A DNA stretch of 64,000 nt. Origin: Octopus sinensis (taxonomy: Eukaryota). The stretch covers positions 3,471 to 67,470 of the forward strand of contig NW_021836311.1 of NCBI RefSeq assembly GCF_006345805.1, given 5' to 3'. The translations under genes were made by a program, and so were the position numbers. Numbering within the stretch: the stretch's first letter is position 1; each line of letters begins with the position of its first letter. The notes beneath the pieces were generated by a model. It was not told the DNA's origin, ran no database searches, and saw only the letters and a list, made by a program, of their open reading frames with translations. Shown here piece after piece: positions 12,741 through 24,336 of this stretch.

Positions 12741-12910
12741 GGAGTAAGCACATAAATGTGAAACAGGGTGGGAACAAGGATACTCAAACACCAGAGGAAG
12801 AGTAATATGCTTTATTGAAAAACTGTTACTCAGAGTTTCACGAAACTGCGACGAACGGAAACATGAAACTCTGAGTAACAGTTGTTGTAATATTTCTGCT
12901 GCTTTCTAAT
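12739..12910. mobile_element. Penelope-like pseudo-LTR fragment with inverted junction (repeat Y), inserted between (TA)n and (CA)n
   Basis: Perfect 20-bp inverted repeat AACTGTTACTCAGAGTTTCA (12821-12840) / TGAAACTCTGAGTAACAGTT (12864-12883) carrying a hammerhead 3' half; AATAAA downstream on the minus-oriented arm. Confidence 0.6.
12844..12883 (+). ncRNA. Degenerate minimal type I hammerhead ribozyme motif
   Basis: AACUG-C(U missing)GACGA-ACG GAAA CAU-GAAA-CUCUGAG-UA-ACAGUU: near-palindromic stem III ACUC-U-GAGU, GUA triplet, stem I AACUG(U)/ACAGUU. The core has deletions and stem II one mismatch. Confidence 0.55.
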
Positions 12911-12943
<33 letters not shown>

Positions 12944-12947
12944 CATG

Positions 12948-12979
<32 letters not shown>

Positions 12980-13135
12980 CATGCATACATATATATATAC
13001 ATGCATACATACATATATACATGCATACATACATATATATATATATATATATACACATGCATACATATATATATACATGCATACATACATATATACATGC
13101 ATACATACATATATATATATATATACACACATGCA

Positions 13136-13173
<38 letters not shown>

Positions 13174-13579
13174 ATACACACATATATATGCATACATACA
13201 TAAAACTAGGTTGATGTTATTGATATTGTTGTTGATGTAGCTGCTGTTGTTGAAATCTTCACAATGTCTTTTCGATCTCCATTTTGTTTTCCTTGTCGTC
13301 TTAAATTATTATTTATACTCGCTGTGTGTGCGGTACGTTTTTTTTTAACGTATATTTATTGCTCTTTTTGTTATTATTTTTGTAGTTGTTTCCAATACCC
13401 CCCTCCCACCTGCACACTTTGTTTTTTTTTTCTTTCTCGTCAATGGAGAGGCTGAGGACGGTCGTTGTACACCCTAAATTCAGATTAAATTTAAAAGGTC
13501 TTTTCCCCGAGACACTTTCAGCATACTTGTCAACGCTAATCCAGATAAGACCCTAGCGACACTATTTAAAGTCTTTGGG

Positions 13580-13615
<36 letters not shown>

Positions 13616-13882
13616 GAGGGGGAAAAATCCTTTTGTTCTCCCCATCCTACCCCTCACCCTTGTCACACACACATACATGCGCAAACAATTGGCTCCTCTC
13701 CTTGCATCATTATAAATTCACTGATCCCTTGTTTTTCCTTTTCTTTTTCATTGTTGTCGTTCAGGATTTTCTTTCCTTCATTCATTTAACTTACTATAAC
13801 AAGATTTGTGCTTGTTATTGTTATTGTTCGTTTTAGTTTAGTGTCTGGCTATAATTGATGGTACACGCGTTCTTGTGACTTC

Positions 13883-13920
<38 letters not shown>

Positions 13921-13963
13921 TGTGTGTGTGTATATATATACACTATATGCATACAACATTATT

Positions 13964-14029
<66 letters not shown>

Positions 14030-15199
14030 CATATATATATATATATATATGTAGTTATATGTATGTATGCATGTGTATATGTGTGTTTGTGTGTGCATGG
14101 GTGACTGTGTTTTAAGAGATAATTTGTATTAAGTTTTCATGGCTATTTATTAACGCTTTTATAAAAAGAAAAGTCGCCTGTATCATCATCATCATCATAA
14201 TCGTCATCATCATCATCAGCAGCAGCAGTAGCAGTAGTAGTGGATATGGTGGTGGTGGTGGTGGTGGAATTGCTGCTGCTGTTTCTCTTCGTGTTAATGT
14301 TGTACAACAGCCACTGTAATTCGTAAACAAATGCCAGATTGTAATGAGGACAGATTTACCATCTACATATGTTGAGGAAGGCTTTAACAGCAGGCGTTGG
14401 TTGTGTTATTTTTTAAAGTTTTTATAGCTATTACAGAGCCTCTTTCTCCCGTAGTATAAGCGCCTTTCTTAAACCACCATTTTGCGTCCTCCTCATCGTC
14501 CTTATAGTTCTTTTTCTTCTTACAATAATGATGTTGTTGTAATTGTTGTTTCTGAAAATGGGCGCCAGAATGGGTTCAGGGATTACTCCTGCTGTCTGCC
14601 GGGCTTTCAGAACCTTCACCAAGGAGCACCATAGATAAGACAAGTTTGTCTTGTATTGTGCATGGTATTATTCGATGACAGCGCGTGCATCTTGTCATTG
14701 CAGTCACGTGATTTTATAGTCTTTGCCATTGTCATCGGCGATGACGTAATTAACGCTGTCAAACGCTATTGACAATATTATAGGGGATTTGGACAAAATG
14801 AAGACCATAGCGTGTCACTGCTACGGATGTCGTTGTCTTTACCAATTAGATATTTCTGCTTTGTTCACGTCTTTCCAAATCGTTTTGTTAATATCCTCTT
14901 TTGCTTTCATTCATCGCCATTTTCATACGACATTTTTGTCAATAATTTCATCATTATTCTTATCAATTACACAATCAATTAATTAAGAACATTTCAAAAA
15001 TATTACTCTTTTTTCATTTTCGTGTTCTAACTATTCATTCTGTCGGAGAAAAAGAATAATAAAAAGAAACAACGTAAGAATGCAAGTCGCAAAATTAACT
15101 TTTAAAACTCTTCGTTCTCAAGTTCAAAAGCTTATCGAGATCAATTTTATAATCATCTCATATTCATTAAGTGAATGATATGTACCTAATCTATAAATA

Positions 15200-15771
15200 T
15201 TGGGTCGTCTTGGAAGTTCGTGTCGATTTTTAAAGGAAAGAAAAGGGTCAATAAATACTTGCCATTATATTTTTAATCAACCAAATATGAACCACTTTGT
15301 TGTACAATGCGTCTCCATCTTTCTTTTAACTTGAAAATACCCTCTTCCCAGAATTGATGTGGTTTCATAGCAAAGAAAGAATTCATGAAGGTATCTTTTT
15401 ACGTCATCCAAGGAATTGAAATTTTTTACTATTAAGACTATTCTGCAGAGACCTGAATAAGTGGAAATCCGAAGGAGCAATATCTGGTGAATATGGAGGG
15501 TGGGGTAACACATCCCAGCCAAGTTGCAGCAATTTTTGTCTGGTTCCCAAAGCATCAAGTGCCGAAAATGAGCTTTCTTATCTTCCATTTTAAAAGGTTA
15601 CAGAATTAACACTGGTTATAGGAACATAAACCTTCTTCCACGAAAAGATAGCTTAAACTGTGCTCTAAATGGGGGTGTAATCAAATCCTATTTTATGGAT
15701 TCAACCATGTTCTAAATAAGTCGAAAGAGATAAGCTACTATAAATCGGCACGAACTTTCCGGACAACCCAA
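15200..15771 (-). mobile_element. Internally deleted mariner (DD34D-type) element with about 30-bp TIRs and TA TSD
   Basis: TIRs TTGGGTCGTCTTGGAAGTTCGTGTCGATTT and TTGGGTTGTCCGGAAAGTTCGTGCCGATTT (reverse complement); TA at 15198-15199 and 15772-15773. Minus strand encodes MEDKKAHFRHLMLWE fused to TRQKLLQLGWDVLPHPPYSPDIAPSDFHLFRSLQN (mariner YSPDLAPSD motif). Confidence 0.92.
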
Positions 15772-16617
15772 TATTTTAATTCTCTTCTTTAATAGAACAT
15801 ACTGTTGCATATTGTCCCACCATGTCAGCAATTCCCGACTGCAGTTTATAGTAAAACTTTAAGAGAATGGGTATCTTTCCTCACCGGCCGTAGAAGCTAG
15901 TTATCGTATATGCAAGTAGCTGTTTAGGAAGTTTAATAATGTAATTATACGCATATAAATCAAATTTGAAATTATTTTTTCCTTTAATTCATATAGACAC
16001 TGCTGATGGCTACAATTAATATATAGCAGGTTGCCGAGCTCTCGCACGGAGTAAATTCTTTGATTACCTAAATCAAGATGTATGCAGTGATTTTCATTTG
16101 TCCCTAGTTACCACACACACACACAAACGTGTATATGTGTAGATATATTCTCCGGACACGACATGCTTTTAGTACAAAATTGTTCAAAAGTTATATGATG
16201 CTTCATCAGCAGGTTAATAAAGATACACACATCGTCATATTAACTGGCCTAATCTTGACTTTTTTCTCCTGTTATTTTATACCGCTCTTTGCTAAATAAT
16301 ATCCACAAAGATATGTTCTTTATCATTGCAAAGTATTTATTACTATAATTACATTTTTGATGGCGATTTTGGTGATTCGAAAACTAGGTGATTCGAAAAC
16401 TAACTGAAAAGAATTTCACTGATGAATTGAAGGAATATTTCTCTTGCAGTTTCGAATCTTCCGTATATTTTTCGTTTTAATCCCAGTATACTTACAGAAG
16501 GAATAAAATTCTCCTATGTTTCTATTCTTCTATTCCGATGGTGGGGTAATATAGTTTTGTAAAAGCTTGGATTTCAAGTATAACATCACAGAAGAGGATG
16601 AATACGAACATACGTGG

Positions 16618-16694
<77 letters not shown>

Positions 16695-16811
16695 TTGAGA
16701 GAGAGAGAAGCAGATAGATACATACATAAACCTAATTTCATATATATTTTATCGAGCTTTCTCCAAAACACAGCACAAAACTGTTAGTTATAATTGCGCA
16801 TTTAATTACAG

Positions 16812-16857
<46 letters not shown>

Positions 16858-16893
16858 CCTTGGTTTTTATCTTATTACGCAAAAGATTCTTAT

Positions 16894-16926
<33 letters not shown>

Positions 16927-17667
16927 CTATATATATATATATTATATATATATATGTATTTACAGATGCGCACGCACATATATGTGTCTATGCACGAGCG
17001 TATAATATTACGACAGTTTTCTGAAAAAAGTGCGTCTCGGTCTTTTGTGAAACAATAGCCAAAAACGTTTGCAAGTTTTTAATAGAAAGTATGGCTTCGC
17101 ATTGTGAGTGTGTCTGTTTTAGTCAGTGTGTCTGAATGAGAAACGTCTTTTATGTATGTTTCTTTGTCATCTACAAAAAAAAAAGTTTCCGGATGGTAAA
17201 AATGGCTGACAGATTTTTTTTTTTTTTTCAATTTTCTTTTTCGTTTTCTTTCTTTTTTTTCTGTATAATTTCTTGTGTTCTTAAAGTTTTATTAGTCTGT
17301 AAATATACTTGAAAATCCAGAGAGGCTTGAAGAAACGTATTTGGCTGACAGAAGACAGATAGAAGATTGATTCGAACTTTTGAAATAAACTAACAACAAC
17401 AACAACGACAACGACAACGTCAATAGTAGCAACATCAATTACTACTTCGACTAAATCAATAACTAAATGAATAACAAGAACAGAAATAAATGTGTACGAA
17501 TAAGGATTCTGTGTACTCATTACCTCTTTTTTTTTGTTTTTTGTTTTTTCGTTTGGCTCAAGGCCTTCATTGTCGACCTAAGACATAACAATGTTAAAAA
17601 TGATGATTTTAAAGAAAGTCGAGTGCAATTTGCTTGCAGGAAAAAAGAAAAAAAGTGATATTTTATA

Positions 17668-17724
17668 ATGTATGTATGTATGTATGTATGTATGTATGTA
17701 TGTATGTATGTATGTATGTATGTA

Positions 17725-17783
<59 letters not shown>
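17668..17783. repeat. (TATG)n(TG)n microsatellite
   Basis: Direct reading. Confidence 0.95.
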
Positions 17784-17785
<2 letters not shown>

Positions 17786-18837
17786 TGAAAAAGATTTTTA
17801 GAGAGCAAATGAGAAGAAGAAAGTAAGGCGGTGAAATACTAAAAGCTAAAATATAAATAGACAGTAGGAAAGAAACTATAGTGGGGGAGGGGGTGAGAAA
17901 GGGAAAGAGAAAGAACAGATACATTTATGTACATTACTGTTCTTCTGCTAATCCTACTGGGAGATGGAACAAAGAAGAAAAGAAAATGATATGCACTTTC
18001 CTTCATTTTTCCATTTTTTGTTTTTGCATTGTAAAAAGGTAGACGCATTTTTAAAAAAAGATATACTTTATGAATAACTATGCTAGCTGTATTCGTTGGA
18101 AGATGATTAAAAGTAGAACTGGAACATGTATGTTAGGATCAATTTTTATATTTTGGTACAAAGATTTTTATAGCATTATCTAGGTAATTGCACCGTTTGC
18201 AAGCTCTCTGGAAGATATCCCTAATTTTCAATAATTTTTCCATATAGAAAGTCAATTCTTACTAAGACAACTCATATTTTAATTTGACACTTACGTAGAC
18301 TATTTATGAATTAAATATAAAATGAGCAGATATACTTTAGCTGTTCATGAGTTTGATATTGTTAGGCAGAACACTGAAATAATTAGGTTTTTTTTCCTGG
18401 TTTCAGTCTTTGTATTGTAGTCAGGGAAGGAGCACAGCCTAAAGGTTTACGCTATGATTTGAAATAAAGGAATGCTCACAGTATGATTCCACACCGCATG
18501 TAATTAACTTATGACTTCTGAATGTCAATTTGCGATGTATTCAAAGGCAAATTTTTTGGAATTTTTTTCCCTTGTTCGCGATTCGTTTAAGGTCACAACT
18601 AGGTTAAATCGTATGAAACGGCATCGATGGAAGGAAAATAGAAATGCTTTCATTTCTTAATTTCAGGATTTACCACTCAATTTTCATAATTCATAAATAC
18701 TAAGCTAAAATAAACGCCTGATCACAGAAGTCACAGACTCTCCCGTTGTGGACGGCAGATAAGGGTTCCGCAGCTTCTTGTCGAACAATCTGCACAGATG
18801 ATGTGGTTATAGCGTCGTGTTATTTGTGCTAAATATT

Positions 18838-19034
18838 AAGGCGGCGAGCTGGCAGAACCGTTAGCATGATGGGCGAAATGCTTAGCAGTATTTCGTCCGT
18901 CTTCATGTGCTGAGTTCAAATACCGACGAAGTCGACATTGCCTTTTATTCTTTCGGGGTTGCGATGTTATTGACTATTCACAACCAACACCACTACCACC
19001 ACAAATCTTGTGCCTGTAGTAGAAAGGATTATTA
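18838..19034 (+). mobile_element. SINE family B
   Basis: AAGGCGGCGAGCTGGCAGAA..GTTAGCA...GGGCGAAATGCTTAGC...GAGTTCAAAT...GTCGAC.TTGCC...TTTCGGGGT; matches many copies in the window. Confidence 0.85.
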
Positions 19035-20708
19035 GCGCTAAATATTAGCACACTCCTTTCATGAAATCGACATCGTGTGTCCAGGTCCTCGGTGTGCCAC
19101 ACGTAAGATGTCGAAGTTATCGCAGAGCAAAGGGAAACGAAGTGTATTGCTGAAGAGCTCTGCTCAGTCAGAAAATCGAGACCAGTTTCATGATCGTGAG
19201 TAGAGCATTTTGAATACTAGGTCACGGGTTCTGCTAATCACAGAACTTGAAGATATATAATATTCGCCTGCTGTTTCTCAAATACAATTGAACTTTTCCG
19301 CCTCGATGCAGTTCGGCAGGCAAATTCTACTCTAAATCGCACACATTTTGAAAGCAAAAATATAATTATGATATAAACCAGTAATAATAATATATAAGTA
19401 CCACACTGTACATTCATGGATGATAATAACGAGATTTTGTAATGTTCACGTTTTTGTATTTTCTTTTCGCAAAGGATTTGGCTTAAAAGAAAAGAAAAAG
19501 TTGCTGCAACCCGAATAAAAAAAGACTGATTTGTTTGGTATATTTCCAGAAGCTTATAATAAAAACTGTAGTGAGCTCTAAATGTAATTACTTCTAGAGT
19601 GCTCTAATAGCAATTATAATTATAAGAGTTTCTAGAATAGGCACAGAAATGCATAAGATGGTCGATAATATCGACCATAGTTTTTCACTAGTACTTTCTG
19701 TATCGACCCACAAAGAAGAAAGGGAAAGCTGGTTGATAAAGTACCAGCGGGATTATAAACTGAGAAAATAAAGGGATATAACTACATGTAGTAAGTTGTT
19801 TATTGCTACACCTATAACCACCCCCACCCCCACTACGACTATCACGAAAATAATAATTAATGATAACAACAACAACAACAATATAAACAAGAAAAACAAT
19901 TAAATCTGCAACAGGAATGACGGCTGGACAAAAGATGCAATGTTCCTTTTGTTTAAAAAAAAATCCTTTTCCTTTCTTTCGCTCTCTCTCTCTCTGCGTC
20001 TGTCTGTCTGTCTGTCTCTGTCTTTTTTTTTCAAATATTAGTTGTTTTCTCCGAAGCCCTTGTTTGTTCTCGCTTCCATCCTCTCTTTCTCTCTCCCTCA
20101 CACTCTCTCTCTCTCTCTCTCTCTCTTTCTCCCTATCCCCTTCATATTCACATTAGCACCTTTCTATTCCCTCTCTCTCACTCTCAGAATTCTCACATAT
20201 TTTTTGCCGATTGCATCCCTTCTCTCTATATTTAACACACATACACAGTCACACACTATCCATCTCTATAAATCTGTCTCTTTCTCCCTCTCTCTTTCTC
20301 CCTCTCTCTCTCTCTTTAATCGTCTCCTTCTTTCTCTTCGTCTCTCAGTCTCCTTGCTGTGAAATTGCTTTCTCTAAAATTAGCTCGGTCCCTATCAATC
20401 CTTTCAGAAAAATCGATCTTTCGCTAATTGGAATCCTTCTGGCTGTACACATTGTCATTAGTATCGATTGAATTGTTGCAAAAAAAAAAAAGTTTTTAAA
20501 AAAGTGTAAAAATAAAAGACAAGCAAGCAAAGACGGCCAAAACGACTGACGGACAGACAGACAGACATTCCATCCAACATACAGACAGACATGAGATAGA
20601 GACAAAATAGGTGTTCGGAGAATAGGCAGAAATCGCATCGTTTCAACGATCAACTGTGTTGCATATACCTTAATGCGCATACTCTTGTATATTTACGAGT
20701 GACCATAT

Positions 20709-20775
<67 letters not shown>

Positions 20776-21174
20776 GGGGCAACAGGTAGGGGAGAAGAGA
20801 TAGAGAGGTGGGGGATACAGGCCAAAATGTGCAATTACATATGGTGGGCTAGAGATTTCTATTTATATATGAAGTATTAAAAGGTAAATGTTCTTAAAAT
20901 TGTGTATTTAGTTTGTGTATATATGTGCATATATTATTCCATTATTCTGTTACTTGTTTTAGTCATTTAACTACGGCCATGCTGGAGCACCGCCTTTAGT
21001 CGAACAATTCGACCCTAGGACTTATTCTTTGTAAGCTTAGTACTTATTCTATCGGTCTCTTCTGCCAAGATACGGAGACATAAACCCACCAACATCGGTT
21101 GTCAAGCGATGGTAGGGGGCAAGTACAGACACACGAGCAAAAATACATACATTTATATAATATATATATATATA

Positions 21175-22212
21175 CTACTTGAACGGCATACAGACGCGTT
21201 TCGGGGTATTGCCCCTTTTCAATGCAGCGTAGCCAGCCAGTAGGTGTCGCTTCCGACAATCTCTGTGTTCGATGGTTTTATTTACCTAGTTTCGGTGGAA
21301 TACATCCACTTGTTTTCAATAATAGAAATATTAAAATAACTACTAAGTCTCTCTAAAAGAGAACAGCGGCAGCGTTCCGGGAAATAATAGTTATCGCCAT
21401 ACTAATATGGCATTCTTATAAAAATAAGAAAAAAGCTGTCCGCTTATTAGCTCCATGAGGCCATCGCCTTAAGTTAGCTATTTGATACACAAACTGTATC
21501 CATATACCTTCGAACAAGGGAGGTCAGTCGCTCCACACTACTTGACCGGCAGCTACGACCGCGTTTCGGGGTATTGCCGCCTTTTCTTTCAATGCAGCGT
21601 AGCCAGCCAGTAGGTTCGCTTCCGACAATCTCTGTTCGATGGTTTTATTTACCTAGTTTCGGTGGAATCATCCACTTGTTTTCAATAATAGAAATATTAA
21701 AATAACTAAGTCTCTCTAAAAGAGAACAGCGGCAGCGTTCCCTCGAAATAATAGTTATCGCCATACTAATATGGCATTCTTTATAAATAAGAAAAAAGCT
21801 GTCCGCTTATTAGCTCCATGAGGCCATCGCCTTAAGTTAGCTATTTGATACAAAACTGTATCCATATAACCTTCGAACAAGGGAGGTCAGTCGCTTGTCG
21901 AAGGTTTATTGGATACAGTTTGTGTATCAAATAGCAACTTAAGGCGATGGCCTCATGGAGCTAATAAGCGGACAGCTTTTTTCTTATTTTTATAAGAATG
22001 CCATATTAGTATGGCGATAACTATTATTTTCCGGAACGCTGCCGCTGTTTCTCTTTTAGAGAGACTTAGTATTTTAATATTTCTATTATTGAAAACAAGT
22101 GGATGTATTCCACCGAAACTAGGTAAATAAAACCATCGAACAGAGATTGTCGGAAGGCGACACCTACTGGCTGGCTACGCTGCATTGAAAAGGGGCAATA
22201 CCCCGAAACGCG

Positions 22213-22213
<1 letters not shown>
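21175..22213. mobile_element. Hammerhead-bearing 363-bp repeat: two tandem copies plus one inverted copy (retrozyme-like or Penelope pseudo-LTR array)
   Basis: Copy 1 21175-21537, copy 2 21538-21895 (direct), copy 3 21896-22213 (inverted). Copies differ mainly by small indels, and both outer ends abut (TA)n. Confidence 0.85.
21189..21226 (-). ncRNA. Minimal type I hammerhead ribozyme with U3-A8 core variant
   Basis: Minus strand UGCA-UUGAAAA-GGGG CAAUA CCCC-GAAA-CGCG-UC-UGUA: stem I UGCA/UGUA, 4-bp stem II, palindromic ACGCGU stem III, GUC triplet; predicted cut between 21193 and 21192. Confidence 0.7.

Positions 22214-22214
<1 letters not shown>
22181..22214 (+). ncRNA. Hammerhead motif of the inverted copy, truncated at the cleavage site
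   Basis: TGCATTGAAAAGGGGCAATACCCCGAAACGCGT is followed immediately by (AT)n; the 3' strand of stem I is absent. Confidence 0.6.
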
Positions 22215-22252
<38 letters not shown>

Positions 22253-22704
22253 ATATATATAAATATATATAACGGGTTTCTTTCAGTTTCCGTCTACCAA
22301 ACCCATTCATAAGGCTTTGGTCGGCCCGAGGATATAGTAGAATACACTTGCCCAAGGTCCCACGCAGTGGGACTGAACCCAGAATCATGTGGCTGGTGAG
22401 CAAGCTGCTAACCACACAGCTAGTCCTGCGCCTGCACGCATATATAAATATATATATTGTATGAGTGTTTTTTTTAATGTTGAATGCATGGGTGTATGTT
22501 GACGGGTCCGCGTGGTACTCGTATGCACACACACACACACACACAAAGATATTAACTGCAGTGTTGCATTTGCTGCGTGCTGAGAAACGTCTGTTTTGCA
22601 CACGTGACTCTCAGTGTCTTGCATCTGTATGTATGTTTGGCTGCAAAGTGGATTAATACTGTACTCAGCTGTGCATGATTGTCTTATACATATTAACACA
22701 TAGG

Positions 22705-23014
22705 AATACTCCGTCGGTTACGACGACGAGGGTCCCAGCTGATAGGATCAACGGAACAGCCTGCTCGTGAAATTAAGGTGCAAGTGGCTGAGCAATCCAC
22801 AGACAGGTGTACCCCTAATGTAGTTCTCAGGGAGATTCAGCGTGACAAGGCCGGCCCTTCGAAATACAGGTACAACTCATTTTTGCCAGCTGAGTGGACT
22901 GGAACAACGTGAAATAAAGTGTGTTGCTCAAGGACACAACGCGTCGCCGGGAATCGAACTCACGACCTTACGATCGTGAGCCGAATGCCCTAACCACTAA
23001 GCCACGCGCCTTCA
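22705..23014 (-). mobile_element. SINE family C, near full length
   Basis: Minus strand TGAAGGCGCGTGGCTTAGTGGTTAGGGCATTCGGCTCACGATCGTAAGGTCGTGAGTTCGATTCCCGGCGACGCG (tRNA-like with A and B boxes), core GTGTCCTTGAGCAA...CCAGTCCACTCAGCTGGCAAAAATGAG, tail ...CGTCGTCGTAACCGACGGAGT. Confidence 0.92.
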
Positions 23015-23180
23015 CAATAACCACTAACACAGATGCATAAACACATACACAAACACATACATAGATGCATAAACACATAAACTGATATACGCACACAACG
23101 ACACATATGGAGATATGCACGCAGTCAGATATACAACATCAAATACTTTTTGTGTGTATACATTAATATAGGTTTGTAAC

Positions 23181-23224
<44 letters not shown>

Positions 23225-23789
23225 TATATATGTACACATGCATATACATACATGACATTGTTTACCTGAATGCGTTCATACACATAATGGCATATATTTA
23301 TATACACGTATTTACATACATGTATATTCATATCAAATATGAGCGTCTGTGTGCCAGTGAGTGTATCTGTCCTTTTGTGAATGAACCAAACAAAAGAGAT
23401 GAAAATCCACGAAGAAAGAAACAAAATCTCATACAACAAAAAACAAAAAAGAAATTACTTATGATCCGAGTGGGGCTCAGCTGGTCCGGTTTTTCATCAA
23501 TGATAATTTTGCTGTCACAATATATCCAACACTACAGCGTCCCTCCATTTACCTCCCCCAATTCGTATTTTTGTCGCTCACAGATTATTTCGTATTAACG
23601 GAAAACTAATCCGCCATTAAGTTTACGCTTGAACAAGCCTGTAACAGTTTCGAACCTGGTCATTAGGGAACAGATCATTATTATTATTATTATTATGATT
23701 GTTATTATTATTATGATTGTTATTATTATTATTATTATTATTGTTATTATTATTATGATTGTTATTATTATAGTTGTATAGTTATAAGG

Positions 23790-24160
23790 AAGGCGGCGAG
23801 GTGGTAGAATAGTTAGCGCACCGGAGCAAATGCTTAGTGGCATTTCCTCCGTCTTTACGGTCTGAGTTCAAATTCCGTCGAGGCCAACTTTACCTTTTTA
23901 TCCTTTCGGGGTCGATACATTAAGTACCAGTTGAACACTGGGATCGATATAATCAACTAGTCCCTTCCCCCAAATTTTAGGAACTATAACTATAGTAGAA
24001 AGGATTATTATTACAGTTGTTATGATTATTATTATTATTTTTGTTGTTGTTGAGGCGACGAGTTGGCAGAATGCATAACGTCACTTCGTTTGTCATTATA
24101 CGCTCTAAATTTAAATGCCGCCGAGGATGACTTTGCCTTTCGTCTCTTTGGGGTCCATAT
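23790..24160 (+). mobile_element. SINE family B (23790-24010) plus a second B fragment (24051-24160)
   Basis: AGGCGGCGAG.TGG.AGAAT.GTTAGC head and GAGTTCAAATTCCG...TCCTTTCGGGGTCGA...AAGTACCAG body. Confidence 0.8.
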
Positions 24161-24336
24161 ACGTATATATGTAGAGGGAGGGAGAGAGAGAGAGAGAGAG
24201 AAGGGAGGGAGAGAGAGAGAATGGTAGGAGAGGGGGACACGGAGAAAGCGAGACAGACAGAGATGGAGGGAAGGGAGGAGGAATATTCATACGCGTAAGT
24301 TCATAAAGAATTGTACTCATTTGCTGCCGGATACAA

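Larger units (their letters stand above)
20945..22432 (-). mobile_element. SINE family A, split at its internal microsatellite by the 21175-22213 insertion
   Basis: Head (reverse) at 22272-22432, tail (reverse) at 20945-21130, collinear on either side of (TA)n runs. Confidence 0.88.

Noticed and set aside
14431-14700. Possible coding exon on the minus strand
   Set aside because: All three frames hit stops within short distances and I recognise no protein motif or convincing splice pair.
16371-16402. 16-bp tandem duplication GGTGATTCGAAAACTA
   Set aside because: Two copies only; ordinary slippage duplication.
19658-19678. Perfect hairpin ATGGTCGAT-AAT-ATCGACCAT
   Set aside because: Only 9 bp, isolated, and too short for a miRNA precursor.
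21175-22213. CRISPR-like or viral origin for the tandem array
   Set aside because: No short repeat-spacer periodicity and no ORF; the units are long near-identical copies.
22940-23014. tRNA-like sequence as a real tRNA gene (also the heads at 4060, 27982 and 42741)
   Set aside because: Each continues into a SINE core and tail, recurs as diverged copies, and lacks a clean acceptor stem.
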